From positions 16,120,001 through 16,184,000 of the forward strand of contig NC_091995.1 of the NCBI RefSeq assembly GCF_044704955.1: a stretch of 64,000 nt of DNA, read 5' to 3'. The notes under the pieces were generated by a model. It searched no databases. It saw only the letters and a list, made by a program, of their open reading frames with translations, and had not been told where the DNA came from. This DNA comes from Pristiophorus japonicus (taxonomy: Eukaryota). Of the stretch, positions 22,545 to 34,564 are shown piece by piece (the first letter of the stretch is position 1; the number at the start of each line of letters is the position of its first letter). The position numbers and the translations under genes were made by a program.

Positions 22545-25149
22545 TTAAAGTGGCGGCCATTCTTCCTTCAGCGGCGGGCCTTCTTCCCTCCAGTGACGAT
22601 CAGGTATCTCCCCCTCGATGATGGCTGAACCGCAATCAAGCCTCAGACCACCTACCATCAAGAGGCGCAATTCGGCGCTGAGCTTGTGGCCAACATCTCG
22701 CCATAGGCAACTAGGTCTATATAGCAGTGCCTGGTCTCCAGTCGTCTTGAACCGCCTTGGCACTGGACCAAGACCTTGCTCAGCTAAGCCCGTGTGGTTG
22801 CCGGTGTGCAACGGCCACCCCACATTAAAAGAACTCAGGCACAGGCATCTTCCACTCTGTTAACATGAAGCTCGGGACCTGGAACGTCAGGACCGTCATG
22901 AACAACTCCAACAGCAAAAGGCCGGAATGCCGCACCTCCACTGTTGCCCGGCAACTTAGATGCTTCGATATCGACATCACCACCGTAAGTGAGACCTGGT
23001 GTGCAGGGGAGGGCCAGCTCAAGGAACAAGGTGGAGGTTAAATCTTTTTCTGGGAAGGGAAACCAGAGGAAGAACAGCGCCTTCACGGAGTTAGCTTCGA
23101 CATCAAAAACGAGCTGGTCGGCCGCCTCAAAGACTCCCCCTGCAGGGTTAACGAATGCCTCATGATTCTTTGACTCACCCTATCCCTGAACCAATGCACC
23201 ACAGTCATCAGTGCTTATGCCCCAACACGCGATGCAACAGATGAAACCAAAGAGGGTTTTTACTCCAGCCTCGACAAACTGATCCTTCTAGGTTTCTTCA
23301 AAGCCAGGGTCGGCAAAGACACAGGCCTCTGGCGAGGCATGATTGACAGAGAGGGGGTAGGGAAAGCCAACTCCAGTGGTACCCTACTGCTGACAAAATG
23401 CCTAGAACATGAACTTCTTATCACCAACACTCTGTTCCGCCAAAAGGACAAATACAAGGAATCATGGCAGCACCCTCGCTCCAAACACTGGCACCTGCTG
23501 GACTATATCATCGTCCAAGCCAGGGATCGCAAGGATGTGCATATCATCCATGCCATGACAGGAGCTGATGACTGCTGGATGGACTACTGCCTAATCTGAT
23601 CCATCATCGACAACAACATAGGCCCAAAGCGGAGGGGCAACAGAAGCAGTGCCACAAAAAGTCAATGCCAGGGAACTTAAAGACCCAGCTAAGAGAATCC
23701 TATACAGTCAGTGCCTCACAGCTAAGTTGGCGTGCCTTGATGATCCTGAGTCGCAGAATGCCCACAGCACTTGGTCTGCCTCCAGGCCTCCATAACCAAT
23801 GCCTGTGAAGAGATGCTTTGTCACTCAACCAGAAAACACCAGGACTGGTTTGATGAGAATGATCAGGAGATCCAAAAACTAATAGATCGCTAGTGCAGAG
23901 CATTTCTGAGCCTTAAGCAGCAACCCAAATCAGGAGCTGCAAAGTAACATTACAGCGGCTCAAGTCTGAGGTCCAACAAAAAATCCGGACCTAAAGAACA
24001 GGTGGTGAATGGAGAAAGCGCAGGAAATACAACAACTGGCTGACAGCCATGACGTGCGAGGATTCTTCTTCACAGTCAAGTCCACCTACAGTCCAAACTC
24101 CCAAGGCCTTGGAGCTCCCTGTGCCGAGGAGCTCCTCCCGGAATCACTTTGTGGATTCCGTCCCCTATGGGGCAAAACAGACAAGAATTTTCCAGCACGA
24201 TAGATGCAGGAAACATACAGGGAGCAGCGCCAGCCCTTATACATTGCCTTCTTCGAACTTACAAAGGCCTTTGAAACTGTCAACCACGGGGTCAATGGAG
24301 CGTCCTCCTCCATTTTGGGTGTCCCCAAAAGTTCATTAACATCCTCCGCCTGCTCCACGACGACATGCAGGCCGTGATCCTTACCAACGTCTCCATTACA
24401 GACCCTATTCACGTCCGAGGTCACACAGGGCTGTGTCATCATCCCAACCCTCTTCTCAATCTTCGTCGTTGCCATGTTGCACCTCATAGTCAACAAGCAC
24501 CCCGCTGGAGTGGAACTAAACTACAGAACTAGTGGGAAGCTGTTCAAACTTCGCCATCTCCAGCCAGGTCTAAGACCACCCCAACCTCTGTCATCGAGCT
24601 ACAGTACGCAGACGACGCCTACATCTGCGCACACTCACAGGCTGAACTCCAGGATACTGTCGACGTATTTACTGAGGTGTACGAAAGCATGGGTCTTACG
24701 CTAAACATCCGTAAGACAAATGCATTCCACCAGCCTGTCCTCGCCGCAGAGCACTGCCCCCCAGTCATCAAGATCCACAGTGTGGCCCTGGACAACGTAG
24801 ACAATTTCCCGTACCTCGGGAGCCTCTTATAAATAAAAGCAGACATTGATGAGGAGATTCAACATGGCCTCCAGTGCACCAGCGCAGCCTTCGGCCGGCT
24901 GAGGAAAAGAGTGTTCGAAGATGAGGCCCTCAAATCTACAACCAAGCTCATGATCTACAGTGCTGCAATAATACCCGCCCTCCTGTATGGTTCAGAGATA
25001 TGGACCATGAATAGTAGACACCTCAAGTCACTGGAGAAATACAACCAACGATGCTGCCACAAGATCCTACAAATTCCCTGGCAGAACAGAGGCATTAACA
25101 TTAGCGTACTCGATCAGGCCAACATCCCCTGCATTGAAGCACTGACTAC
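22545..25149 (+). mobile_element. Long RTE LINE (5'UTR, endonuclease, RT), degenerate with an internal deletion
   Basis: MKLGTWNVRT at 22865; HPRSKHWHLLDYII, YADD and KLMIYSA motifs; many stops. Confidence 0.9.
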
Positions 25150-25189
25150 ACGTCAAAAAGCTGCTTATGGCGTATTTGTACTTCAGCTA

Positions 25190-26170
25190 TGAACTGCGTT
25201 GTTATATCTACCAGGAAAAGATGAATAGGTTGGGTCCCTCTTCTCTTGAAAAAAGCAGGCTGAGGAATGGCCAAAAAGAGGTCTTTAAACATTATAAAAC
25301 GTTTTGATAGAGTCACAGAGAAAATGTTTCCACTTGTGGGGAAGAGCAAAAATAGAGGCCATCGATATAAGATAGTCACCAAGAAATCTAATCGGGAATT
25401 CAGAAGGAACTTCTTTACCCAGAGAGTGGTGCCAATATAGAACTCGCTACCACAGGGGGTAGTTGAAGTGAACAGTCTAGGGGTCTGGGCATATAGATTA
25501 TTCAAATTTCAAGAACAGGTACAGCAAATAAACAAAAAGGATAGTGGGACGCTGGTCTTTATATCTGGAGGATCAGAGTAAAAGGAGAAGAAGTTATTCT
25601 GCAGCGGTACAAAATCCAGGTTATGGCACACTGTGAGCCGTTCTGGGCATCACACCTTAGGATGGACATATTGGCCTTGGAGGGAGTGCAACATTGATTA
25701 ACCAGAATCATAACCCGACTTAAAGGGTTAAGTTTCAGGGAGAAATTACACAATTTAGGATTTTATTCCCTAGAATTTAGAACGTTAAGGGTGATCGGAT
25801 CGAAGTTTTCAGGATCATTAAGGGGAACAGATAGGGTAGATAGATAGAAGCGATTTCCACTGGTTGAAAATTCTAGGACTAGGGGGCACAGTCAAGAAAT
25901 TTGCGCCAGGCATTTCAGGAGTGAAATTAGGAAACACCTCTACACAGAAAGGGATCTCTCACAAAGTTTGGATCTCTCTTCCACAAATGGCAATTGGTGA
26001 TAGATCAATTGTTAACTTTAAATCTGAGATTTATAGCTTTCTGTTAACCAAAGGTATTGAGGGATAGAGGCCAATGGCGGGTATATGGGTCGTTAATCAT
26101 AGATGATCTCATTGAATAGGAGAACAGGCTAGATGGGCTGAATGACCTCCTCCTCTTCCAATGTTCCCAC
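25190..26170 (+). mobile_element. Two CR1 3' fragments
   Basis: CR1 3' coding remnants and 3'UTR. Confidence 0.75.
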
Positions 26171-26225
26171 ACCCATATATGAGAGTGCTACCCACTGAAC
26201 CACAGCTGGCACTAAAATACAGCTA

Positions 26226-27655
26226 CACCCCAGATGGGACTCGAACCCATAACTCTGCACTTAGCATAAGATACATAAGAATTAGGAACAGTAGTAGGCC
26301 ATCTAGCCCCTCGAGCCTGCTGCACCATTTAACAAGATCATGGCGGATCTGGCCGTGGACTCAGCTCCACTTACCCGCCCGCTCCCTGTAACACTTAATT
26401 CCCTTATTGGTTAAAAATCTATCTGTGACTTGAATATATTCAATGAGCTAGCCTCAACTGCTTCCTTGGGCAGAGAATTCCACAGATTCACAACCCTCTG
26501 GTAGAAGAAATTCCTTCTCAACTCGGTTTTAAATTGGCTCCCCCGTATTTTGAGGCTGTGCCCCCTAGTTCTAGTCTCCCCGACCAGTGGAAACAACCTC
26601 TCTGCCTCTATCTTGTCGATCCCTTTCATTATTTTAAATGTTTCTATAAGATCACCCCTCATCCTTCTGAACTCCAACGAGTAAATACCCAGTCTACTCA
26701 ATCTACCATCATAAGATAACCCCCTCATCTCCGGAATCAGCCTCGTGAATTGTCTCTGTACCCCCTCCAAAGCTAGTACATCCTTCCTTAAGTAAGGTGA
26801 CCAAAACTGCATGCTGTACTCCAGGTGCGGCCTCACCAATACCCTATACAGTTGCAAAAGGACCTCCCTGCTTTTGTACTCCATCCCTCTCGCAATGAAG
26901 GCCAACATTCCATTCGCCTTCCTGATTACCTGCTGCACCTGCAAACTAACTTCTTGGGATCCATGCACAAGGACCCCCAGGTCCCTCTGCACCGCAGCAT
27001 GTTATAATTCCTCCCCATTCAAATAATATTCCCTTTAACTGATTTTTTTCCCAAGGTGGATGACCTCACACTTTCCGACATTGTATTCCATCTGCCAAAC
27101 CTTAGCCCATTCGCTTAACCTATCTAAATCTCTTTGCAGCCTCTCTGTGTCCTCTACACAACCCGCTTTCCCACTAATCTTTGTGTCATCTGCAAATTTT
27201 GTTACACTACGCTCTGTCCCCTCTTCCAGGTCATCTATGTATATTGTAAACAGTTGTGGTCCCAGCACCGATCCCTGTGGCACACCACTAACCATCGATT
27301 TCCAACCCGAAAAGGACCCATTTATCTCGACTCTCTGCTTTCTGTTAGCCAGTCAATTCTCAACCCATGCTAATACATTTCCTCTGACTCTGCGTACCTT
27401 TATCTTCTGCAGTAACCTTTTGTGTGGCACCTTATCGAATGCCTTTTGAAAATCTAAATACACCACATCCATCGGTACACCTCTATCCACCATGCTCATT
27501 ATATCCTCAAAGAATTCCAGTAAATTAGTTAAACCTGATTTCCCCTTCATGAATCCATGCTGCGGCTACTTGATTGCACTATTTCTATCTAGATGTCCCG
27601 CTACTTCTTCCTTAATTATAGCAGGCCAGTGCCTGATCCATTAGGCCACTGAGCG
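26226..27655 (-). pseudogene. tRNA-Arg-derived copy split by a CR1 (3' half 26226-26266; 5' half 27619-27655)
   Basis: The halves rejoin to a full tRNA body; TAGCA occurs on both sides. Confidence 0.85.
26267..27618 (-). mobile_element. 5'-truncated CR1 (1.35 kb), relatively well preserved
   Basis: ORFs 26411..26992 and 27035..27295 ([14 protein letters not shown]); sequence close to the element at window start. Confidence 0.92.
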
Positions 27656-28307
27656 ACCAGCCTATCATCTCCTCTACTCCCACATTCTTCTCTAAGTTTT
27701 CAAAAATGTGGCACACATAATACTTCCTTCTGTAATACCTTCCCCCTGCAACATACAGGCTTTAAAAAAAAAGATTGGCATCTAATTATTACCTGATTTG
27801 CCTCATCATTTTTTAACTCGCATAAATTCTCTTACAGCCTGTCCCATGCCTTATTTTCTATTGGCTTCCATACAAGACGGCTGAGAGCTCCCAATTCAAG
27901 CAACTACATAGTATTCCGCAGTTTTTATCTTTTTACTTATGCTGTTATATATAATTTAGGCTTAGTACTATTATGTACTGATTACATTTCCAAACAGTTG
28001 TACCTTTGAAACTCTGCTAATGGTTATTGGGGATTAATTTGGCCCATTTAACACTATAATCTGGGCAGAGTATAAACCTGCTGATGCTTATTAATATTGC
28101 CCTATAAATCATGCAGTAAAACATACAGCCACAGAGTTTAATTCATTTGATAATGATGCATTGTGTTGGTGTTACCTACAAAACCGAGCTATATTCTACG
28201 TTAATTTAAGGAATTAAGAAGTTATTGCTGAAACATCAAGCCTCAGTAATTCCCAATAGCACATTATACAACAATACGTATTAACGTTCTGATTACTCTT
28301 AAATGTG

Positions 28308-28358
28308 AATGGATAAGGCACTGGCCTCTGAACGTTGGATCATATCCCATCTGGAGTG
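28308..28358 (+). pseudogene. Partial tRNA-Arg remnant
   Basis: AATGGATAAGGCACTGGCCTC...TCCCATCTGGAGTG followed by TTTT and a SINE head. Confidence 0.65.
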
Positions 28359-28736
28359 ATGTGACATTTTAGTGTCAGCCGTAGCTCAGTGGGTAACACA
28401 CTCACCCCTGGGTCAGAAAGTGGTTGGACCCACTCCGCAAACTTAAGCACAAAAATCTACGCAACAGATTCTGAGTTTCTTCATTCGGTTGTAGTTAAAA
28501 TGAAGTAAAAACTTGCCTTCATATACAGCGCCTATTCACGACCTCAGGTCGTTCCAAAAGCGCTTTGCAGCCAAATTGTATTCACTGTTGTAATGCAAGA
28601 AACGCAGCCGTCGCTATTTGTGCACAGCAAGTTCCCACAAATGTGGTAATGACTGGATAATCTGTGCTTGTTTAATCATGCTGAATGTGGTATAAATATT
28701 GGGCAGTTCTCCGGGTTAACTCTGGTTAGTCCGCAG

Positions 28737-28795
28737 CTCAAACACACAATCCCTGGGTGAGGAGGCCAGTGCCTTATTCATTAGGCCACTGGGGC
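28737..28795 (-). pseudogene. 3'-truncated tRNA-Arg(CCT) copy
   Basis: GCCCCAGTGGCCTAATGAATAAGGCACTGGCCTCCTCACCCAGGGATTGTG. Confidence 0.75.
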
Positions 28796-29595
28796 CCCTA
28801 TAGAGAGCTGCTCTTCTATCTCACTCTTCTCTAAGTTTTCAAAAATGCGGCACATATAAGCATCCCCCCATCTTCCTGCTATTCACGGGTTTTTGACCTC
28901 ACCTGATCATTACTTGATTTGCCTCAACATCTCCCTTGCTCTTTTCAACCTTGGTCTCTCATTTAGAAAGCTAGAAACAAACAACATTCTCTTACCACCT
29001 GTATCCTGTCTTCTATTCTATTGGCTGTAATAGAAGACGGGTGGCAGCTCACAGTTCAATCTACCACTTAAAATTTTGCAGATTTTTTTCGTTTTACTCA
29101 TGCAGTTATATACAACTTGGGCTTGGTACAAACATGCGCTGATTAAAATTCCAAGCAGTTGTAGTTTTGAAACCCTGTTGATGGTGAATTGCGGATTAAT
29201 TTGCCCATTTAACACGATAAACTGACCAGCATATAAACCTGCTGATTTTTAAATTAATATTAGCCTAGAAATCATTCAGAAAAACACAACGCCACAGGAT
29301 TTAATTCATCTGATAATGATGTACAGTGATCTTGGTCTTACCTACCAAATCCTAGCTATTTTCTACTTTAACCTAAGGAGTTAAGACGTCATTACTGAAA
29401 AGTCAGGCCTCAGTAGTTCTCAATATCACATTATTAAACAAAACGTATTCAGGTTCTAATTACACTTAAATGTTCTGATAGGTGATAAGGTGCTTCCTGT
29501 TATTAGGTGTCCAGCTTAAACAATTTCTTGAATTTTGTATTTGAAAACTTGGAGCGGTCTGAGATAGAAGAGGAGACAGACCAACTACTGTAGTA

Positions 29596-29668
29596 GTCCC
29601 AGGGGCTTAATGGATAAGGCACTGGCTTCATAAACCAACGATTGTGAGCTCAATTCCCATCTGGGGTG
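29596..29668 (+). pseudogene. tRNA-Arg-derived pseudogene (anticodon position reads CAT)
   Basis: GTCCCAGGGGCTTAATGGATAAGGCACTGGCTTCATAAACC...CCCATCTGGGGTG. Confidence 0.75.
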
Positions 29669-29977
29669 GTGTAGTGTTTTAGCGTCAGCAGTGGGTAGCA
29701 CCCTTACATCTAAGTCAGAAGGTTGTTGGTCCCACTCCAGAAACATAAACACAAACACCGGGGCAATAGACTCAGAGGTTCTTCATTGCGTTGAAATGAA
29801 AAAGAAAGAAAAACGAGCATTTATATGGCGTCTTTCACGACCTCAGGACGTCCCAAATCGCTTTACAGCCATTGTGAAGTCTGCTCACTGTTGTAATGCA
29901 GCAGCCAATTTGCGCCCAGCAAGCTCACTTAAACAGCAATGTAATAATAGCTAGATGATCTGGGTCTTTTTTAATGA

Positions 29978-31695
29978 TCATAGAATCATAGAAATTTACA
30001 GCACAATTGGAGGTCATTTCAGCCCATCGTGTCGCTGCCGCCAACAAGAGGTTATTCAGCCTAATCCCACTTTGCAGCTGTAGGTCCGTAGTCCTGCAAG
30101 TTACAGCACTTCAAGTGAACATCCAAGTACTTTTTAAATGTGGTGAGGGTTTCTGCCTCTACCACCCTTTTAGGTTGTGAATTCCAAACCCCCACAACCA
30201 CTTGGGTAAAGAAATTTCCCCTCAAATCCCCTATAGTCTTCTACCAATTACTTGAAATCTATGACCACTGGTTGTTGACACCTCCGCTAAGGGAAATAGG
30301 TCATTTCTATCCACTATATCTAGGCCTCTCAGAATTTTATACACTTCAATGAGGTCTCCCATCAGCCTCCTCTGTTCCAAGGAAAACAAACCCAATTTGT
30401 CCTCATAGCTAAGATTTTCCACTGCTGGCAACATCCTCGTAAATCTCGTCTGTAATCTCTCCAGTGCAATCACATCCTACCTGTAATGCGGTGACCAGAA
30501 TATAGAAACATAGAAAATAGGTTCAGTAGTAGGCCATTCGGCCCTTCGAGTCTGCACCGCCATTCAATATGATCATGGCTGATCCTCTATCTCAACAACA
30601 TATTCCCACTTTTTCCCTATACCCCTTGATGCATTTTGTTTCTATAAATCCATCTATCTCCCTCTTAAATATATTCAGTGACTTGGCCTGCACAGCCTTC
30701 TGTGGTAGATAATTCCATAGGGAACATCACCCTCTGAGTGAAAAAATTCTCCTCATCTCGGTCCTAATTTTCCTACCTCGTATCCTGATTGTGACCCCTT
30801 GTTTTAGACTTCCGAGCCAGGGGAAGCATCCTCCCAGCATCCAGTCTATCCAACCCAGTCAGAATTTTATACATTTCAATAAGATCCCCTCTCATTCTTC
30901 TAAACTCTAGTGAATATAGGCCTAGTGGACCCAATCTCTCCTCATACGACTGTTCTGCCAGCCCAGGAATCAGTCTGGTGAACCTTCGCTGCACTCCCAC
31001 TATGGAAGGTATATCCTTTCTTACGTAAGGAGACCAAATAGCATGCAGTAATCTAGCTGTAGTCTTAGTAGTATTTTATGCAGTTCAAGCATAACCCCCA
31101 TGATTCTGTATTCTATGCCTCAGTTAATAAAGGCAAACAATACATATGTATTCTTAACCACCTTATCTACCTGGCCTGCTACCTTCAGGGATCTGTGGAC
31201 ATCCACTCCAAGGTCCCTTTGTTCCTCTATGCTTCTCAGTGTCCTACCATTTAATGTGTATTCCCTTTCCTTTTTAGCCCAGCCCAAATGCAGTACCTCA
31301 CACTTCTCTGGATTGAATTCCATTTGCCACTGTTCTGCCCACCTGACCGGTTGATTAATAACGTTCTGCTGTCTACAGCTTTCTTCTTCATTATCGACCA
31401 CACAGCCGATTTCATCTGCAAATTTCTCAATCATACCCTCTATATTCAAGTCTAGATTATTGATGTATACGACAAAAAGCAAGGGACCTAGTCCTGAGCC
31501 CTACTGGAACCACTGGAAACAGACTGCCAGCCACAAAACACCCATCAGCCATTAATCTCTGCTTTCTGCCTTTGAGCCAAATTTGGATTCAACTTGCCAC
31601 GATGCCCTCGATCCCATGGGCTCTTGCTTTCCTGACCAGTCTGCCACGTTGGTCCTAATCAAAAGCCTAGCTAACATCCATATAGAGTACATCAT
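29978..31695 (-). mobile_element. CR1 with a second CR1 (~30501-31038) nested inside, both within a Deu-SINE
   Basis: Two different 3' tails (CATAGAAT and ATAGAAAC repeats); ORFs 30231..30473, 30773..31000 and 31120..31482. Confidence 0.82.
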
Positions 31696-32318
31696 ATGTA
31701 CTGCCCCCATCGACCATCCTGGTTACCTCCACAAAAAATTTAATAACATTATTCTGACACGATGTTCGTTGAGGGATACATATTCGCGAGAACATCGGGG
31801 AAACTTCCCTGCCCTTCCTCAAAATAGCACAAAGGGATCTTTCACGACCACCTGAGAAGGCAGATGGGGCCTCGGTTGAAAGTCTCAGCTGAAAGACGGC
31901 ACCTCCAATGGTGCAAATCTCCCTCAGCACTGCACTGGAGTGTCAGCCTAGATATTTGGTGCTTAAGTATCTGGAGTGAAATTAGGAAGTATTACCAAAC
32001 ATAGGGTGGGTTGCAGTTTGGATCTCTCTTCCACAAACGGCAATTGATGGTAGATCAACTGTGAATTTTAAATCTGAGGCGGGTATATGGAGTTAGGTTG
32101 CAAATGAACCGTCATCTCACTGAAAGGGGGAGAAGGATCGAGGGGCTGAATGATCTCACCCTCGTCCAATGTTCCCATACCGTTCTGACCCAGAGTGCTA
32201 ACCATTACATTGCAATGTGAACTTAAATATTTTGTGCTGAAATTTCTGAAGTGTGGACTTCTGATCCGGAGGTGAGAGTGTTACACACTGAGACACAGCT
32301 GGCACTAAAATTTTACAA

Positions 32319-32390
32319 CACACTAGATGGATTCCAAACGCACACCCCTAGTTTAGGAGGCCATAGCCTTATCCATTAGGCCTCTGGGGC
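32319..32390 (-). pseudogene. Degenerate tRNA-Arg(CCT) copy
   Basis: GCCCCAGAGGCCTAATGGATAAGGCTATGGCCTCCTAAAC. Confidence 0.72.
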
Positions 32391-33750
32391 TGCTTTTTGT
32401 ATTTTTTCTACTATCTCACTCAATCCAAATTATCAAAAATAAGGTACACCTAGTCACTCCCCAGTCTTCCTGCAATCTACATGCATTTAAAAGTCAAGTT
32501 TGACGTGATCCGATTATTTCTGGATTTGCCTCATCATATCCCTTGCTCTGTTCAACCTCGGTCTCTCATTTAGAAAATTGGAAACAAATAAAATTATCAT
32601 ACCGCCTGTCCCATGTGGTCCTTTCTATTGAATGCAGTACAAGATGGTTGACAGCTCACAGCTCAATCTACTATAAAATATTTTGCAGTTTTTTCTTTTT
32701 ACTTATGCAGTTGTATATAACTTGAGCTTGGCACAAATATGCCCCGATTACATTTCCAAGCAGTTATCCTTATGAAACCCTGCTGACGGTCATTAGAGGA
32801 TTAATTTGGCCCATTTAACAGTATAAACTGGCCAGCATATTAACCTGTTTTTGTTTATTAATAATATCCTACAAATTTATATCCTATTTGGGAAAAAAGT
32901 GAAATGGAGATCGAGCGGGAAAGTGAAGTTGAGGTCGATGATCTACCATGATTTTATTTAATGGTGGAGCAGGCTCGAGGGGCCGTAGGGCATAATCCTG
33001 CTCCTATTTCAAATGTCTTAAATCTTAAATCATTCAGAAAAACACAAAGCCACAGAATTTAAATCAGCTGATAATTCGTCAATTTTTTGTCTCAAATTAC
33101 TTCTGTGCCTTGCGACGTTGCACAACGTTAAAGGTGGTAAATAAACACAAGTTGTTTTTGTTGATAATTATGCATTGTGACATTGGTGTTATCTCCCAAA
33201 ACCGAGCTATTTTCTAAAAATATCATAAATTAAGAAGTCATTGCTTAAACATCAAACCTCAGTAATTCTCAATAACACATTATAAAACAAAATATATTCA
33301 GATTCTGATTACTCTTAAATGTTTTCATAGTTGCTGTAGTCCTCCCTGTAATTTTAGCTTTACAGTTTAAATAGTGTTATTATTTTATATTTGAAAACTT
33401 GGAGCAGACTGAGATAGTAGAGGAGACGAACAATTCGTAGCGTTGGCTGTTGGTCCTTCTCCAGGCACTCGCACAGAAATCTAGTCAGCAGATTATGACT
33501 GTCTTCATTGTGTTTAAATTTAAAAGAAACAAAAACTTGCCTTCATATGCTTTGCAATTCACGATCTCGGGATGCCCCAAAGTACTTTGCAGACAAAGCG
33601 TTGTCATTGTTGTAATGCACGAAATGCAGCAGCCAATTTGCACACAGCAAGATTCCACAAACAGTAACGTGATGATGAATAAATAATCTTTCTTTTTGTG
33701 ATGTTGGATGAGATATAAGTATTAGCCAGGACACCGGGGATATCTCCCCT

Positions 33751-33798
33751 ACTCGAGCCCATAATCCCGAGATCTGGAGGCCAGTGGGACACTGAGGC
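33751..33798 (-). pseudogene. Partial tRNA-Arg(CCG)-type remnant
   Basis: Inverted counterpart of 37099..37158. Confidence 0.55.
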
Positions 33799-34025
33799 TG
33801 CTATACACTGCGCCTCTACTCTGCTCCAAGTTTTCAAAATTGCAGCACACATAACCATCCCTCCGTCTTATGGCGTTTAAAAGTCAAGTTTGATCTTACC
33901 AGATCTTTATTTGATTTGCCTCATCAGTTGAAATAGATTTTTTATTTTGTATTTGAAAGCTTGGAGCAGACTGAGAGCTTGGAGCAGACTGAGATAGTAG
34001 AGGAATCAGGCAGCTTTCTGTACTA

Positions 34026-34098
34026 CTCCCGGTGGCCTAATGGATAAGGCATTGGTCTTCTACACCTGGGATTGTGGGCTGGAGTCCCATCTGGGGTA
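34026..34098 (+). pseudogene. tRNA-Arg-derived copy (anticodon position TCT), B box mutated
   Basis: CTCCCGGTGGCCTAATGGATAAGGCATTGGTCTTCTACACCTGGGATTGTGGGCTGGAGTCCCATCTGGGGTA. Confidence 0.78.
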
Positions 34099-34564
34099 GT
34101 ATCGGATTTTTGTATCAGCTGTGGTTCAATGGGTAGCACTCTCAGCTGTTGGACATAAGATTGTTATTCCCACTCAAGACATTTGAGCACAAAAATCGAG
34201 ACAGGAGATTCTGAGTGCCTTCAATGTGTTGAAATTAAAAAGAAATAATAACTTGCCTTTATATACAGCACCTTTCCAGATCTCGGGCTGTCCCAAAGTG
34301 CTTATAGCCAAAGAATAGTCACTGTTGTAAGGCAGTCAATTTTACACAGCTAGATCCCACAAACAGTAATGTGATAATGAATAGATAAACTGAATTTTTT
34401 GTGATATTGAATGAGGGATAAGTATTGGCCAGGATACCAGGGATTACTTCCCATCTCTTCTCCGAGACAGTGCAATGGGATCTTTTACATGCACCTCAGA
34501 ATGTAGAGGAGGCCTTGGTTTATTACCTCATCAAAAAGATGGCACCTCCGACAGGTCGCTATTG

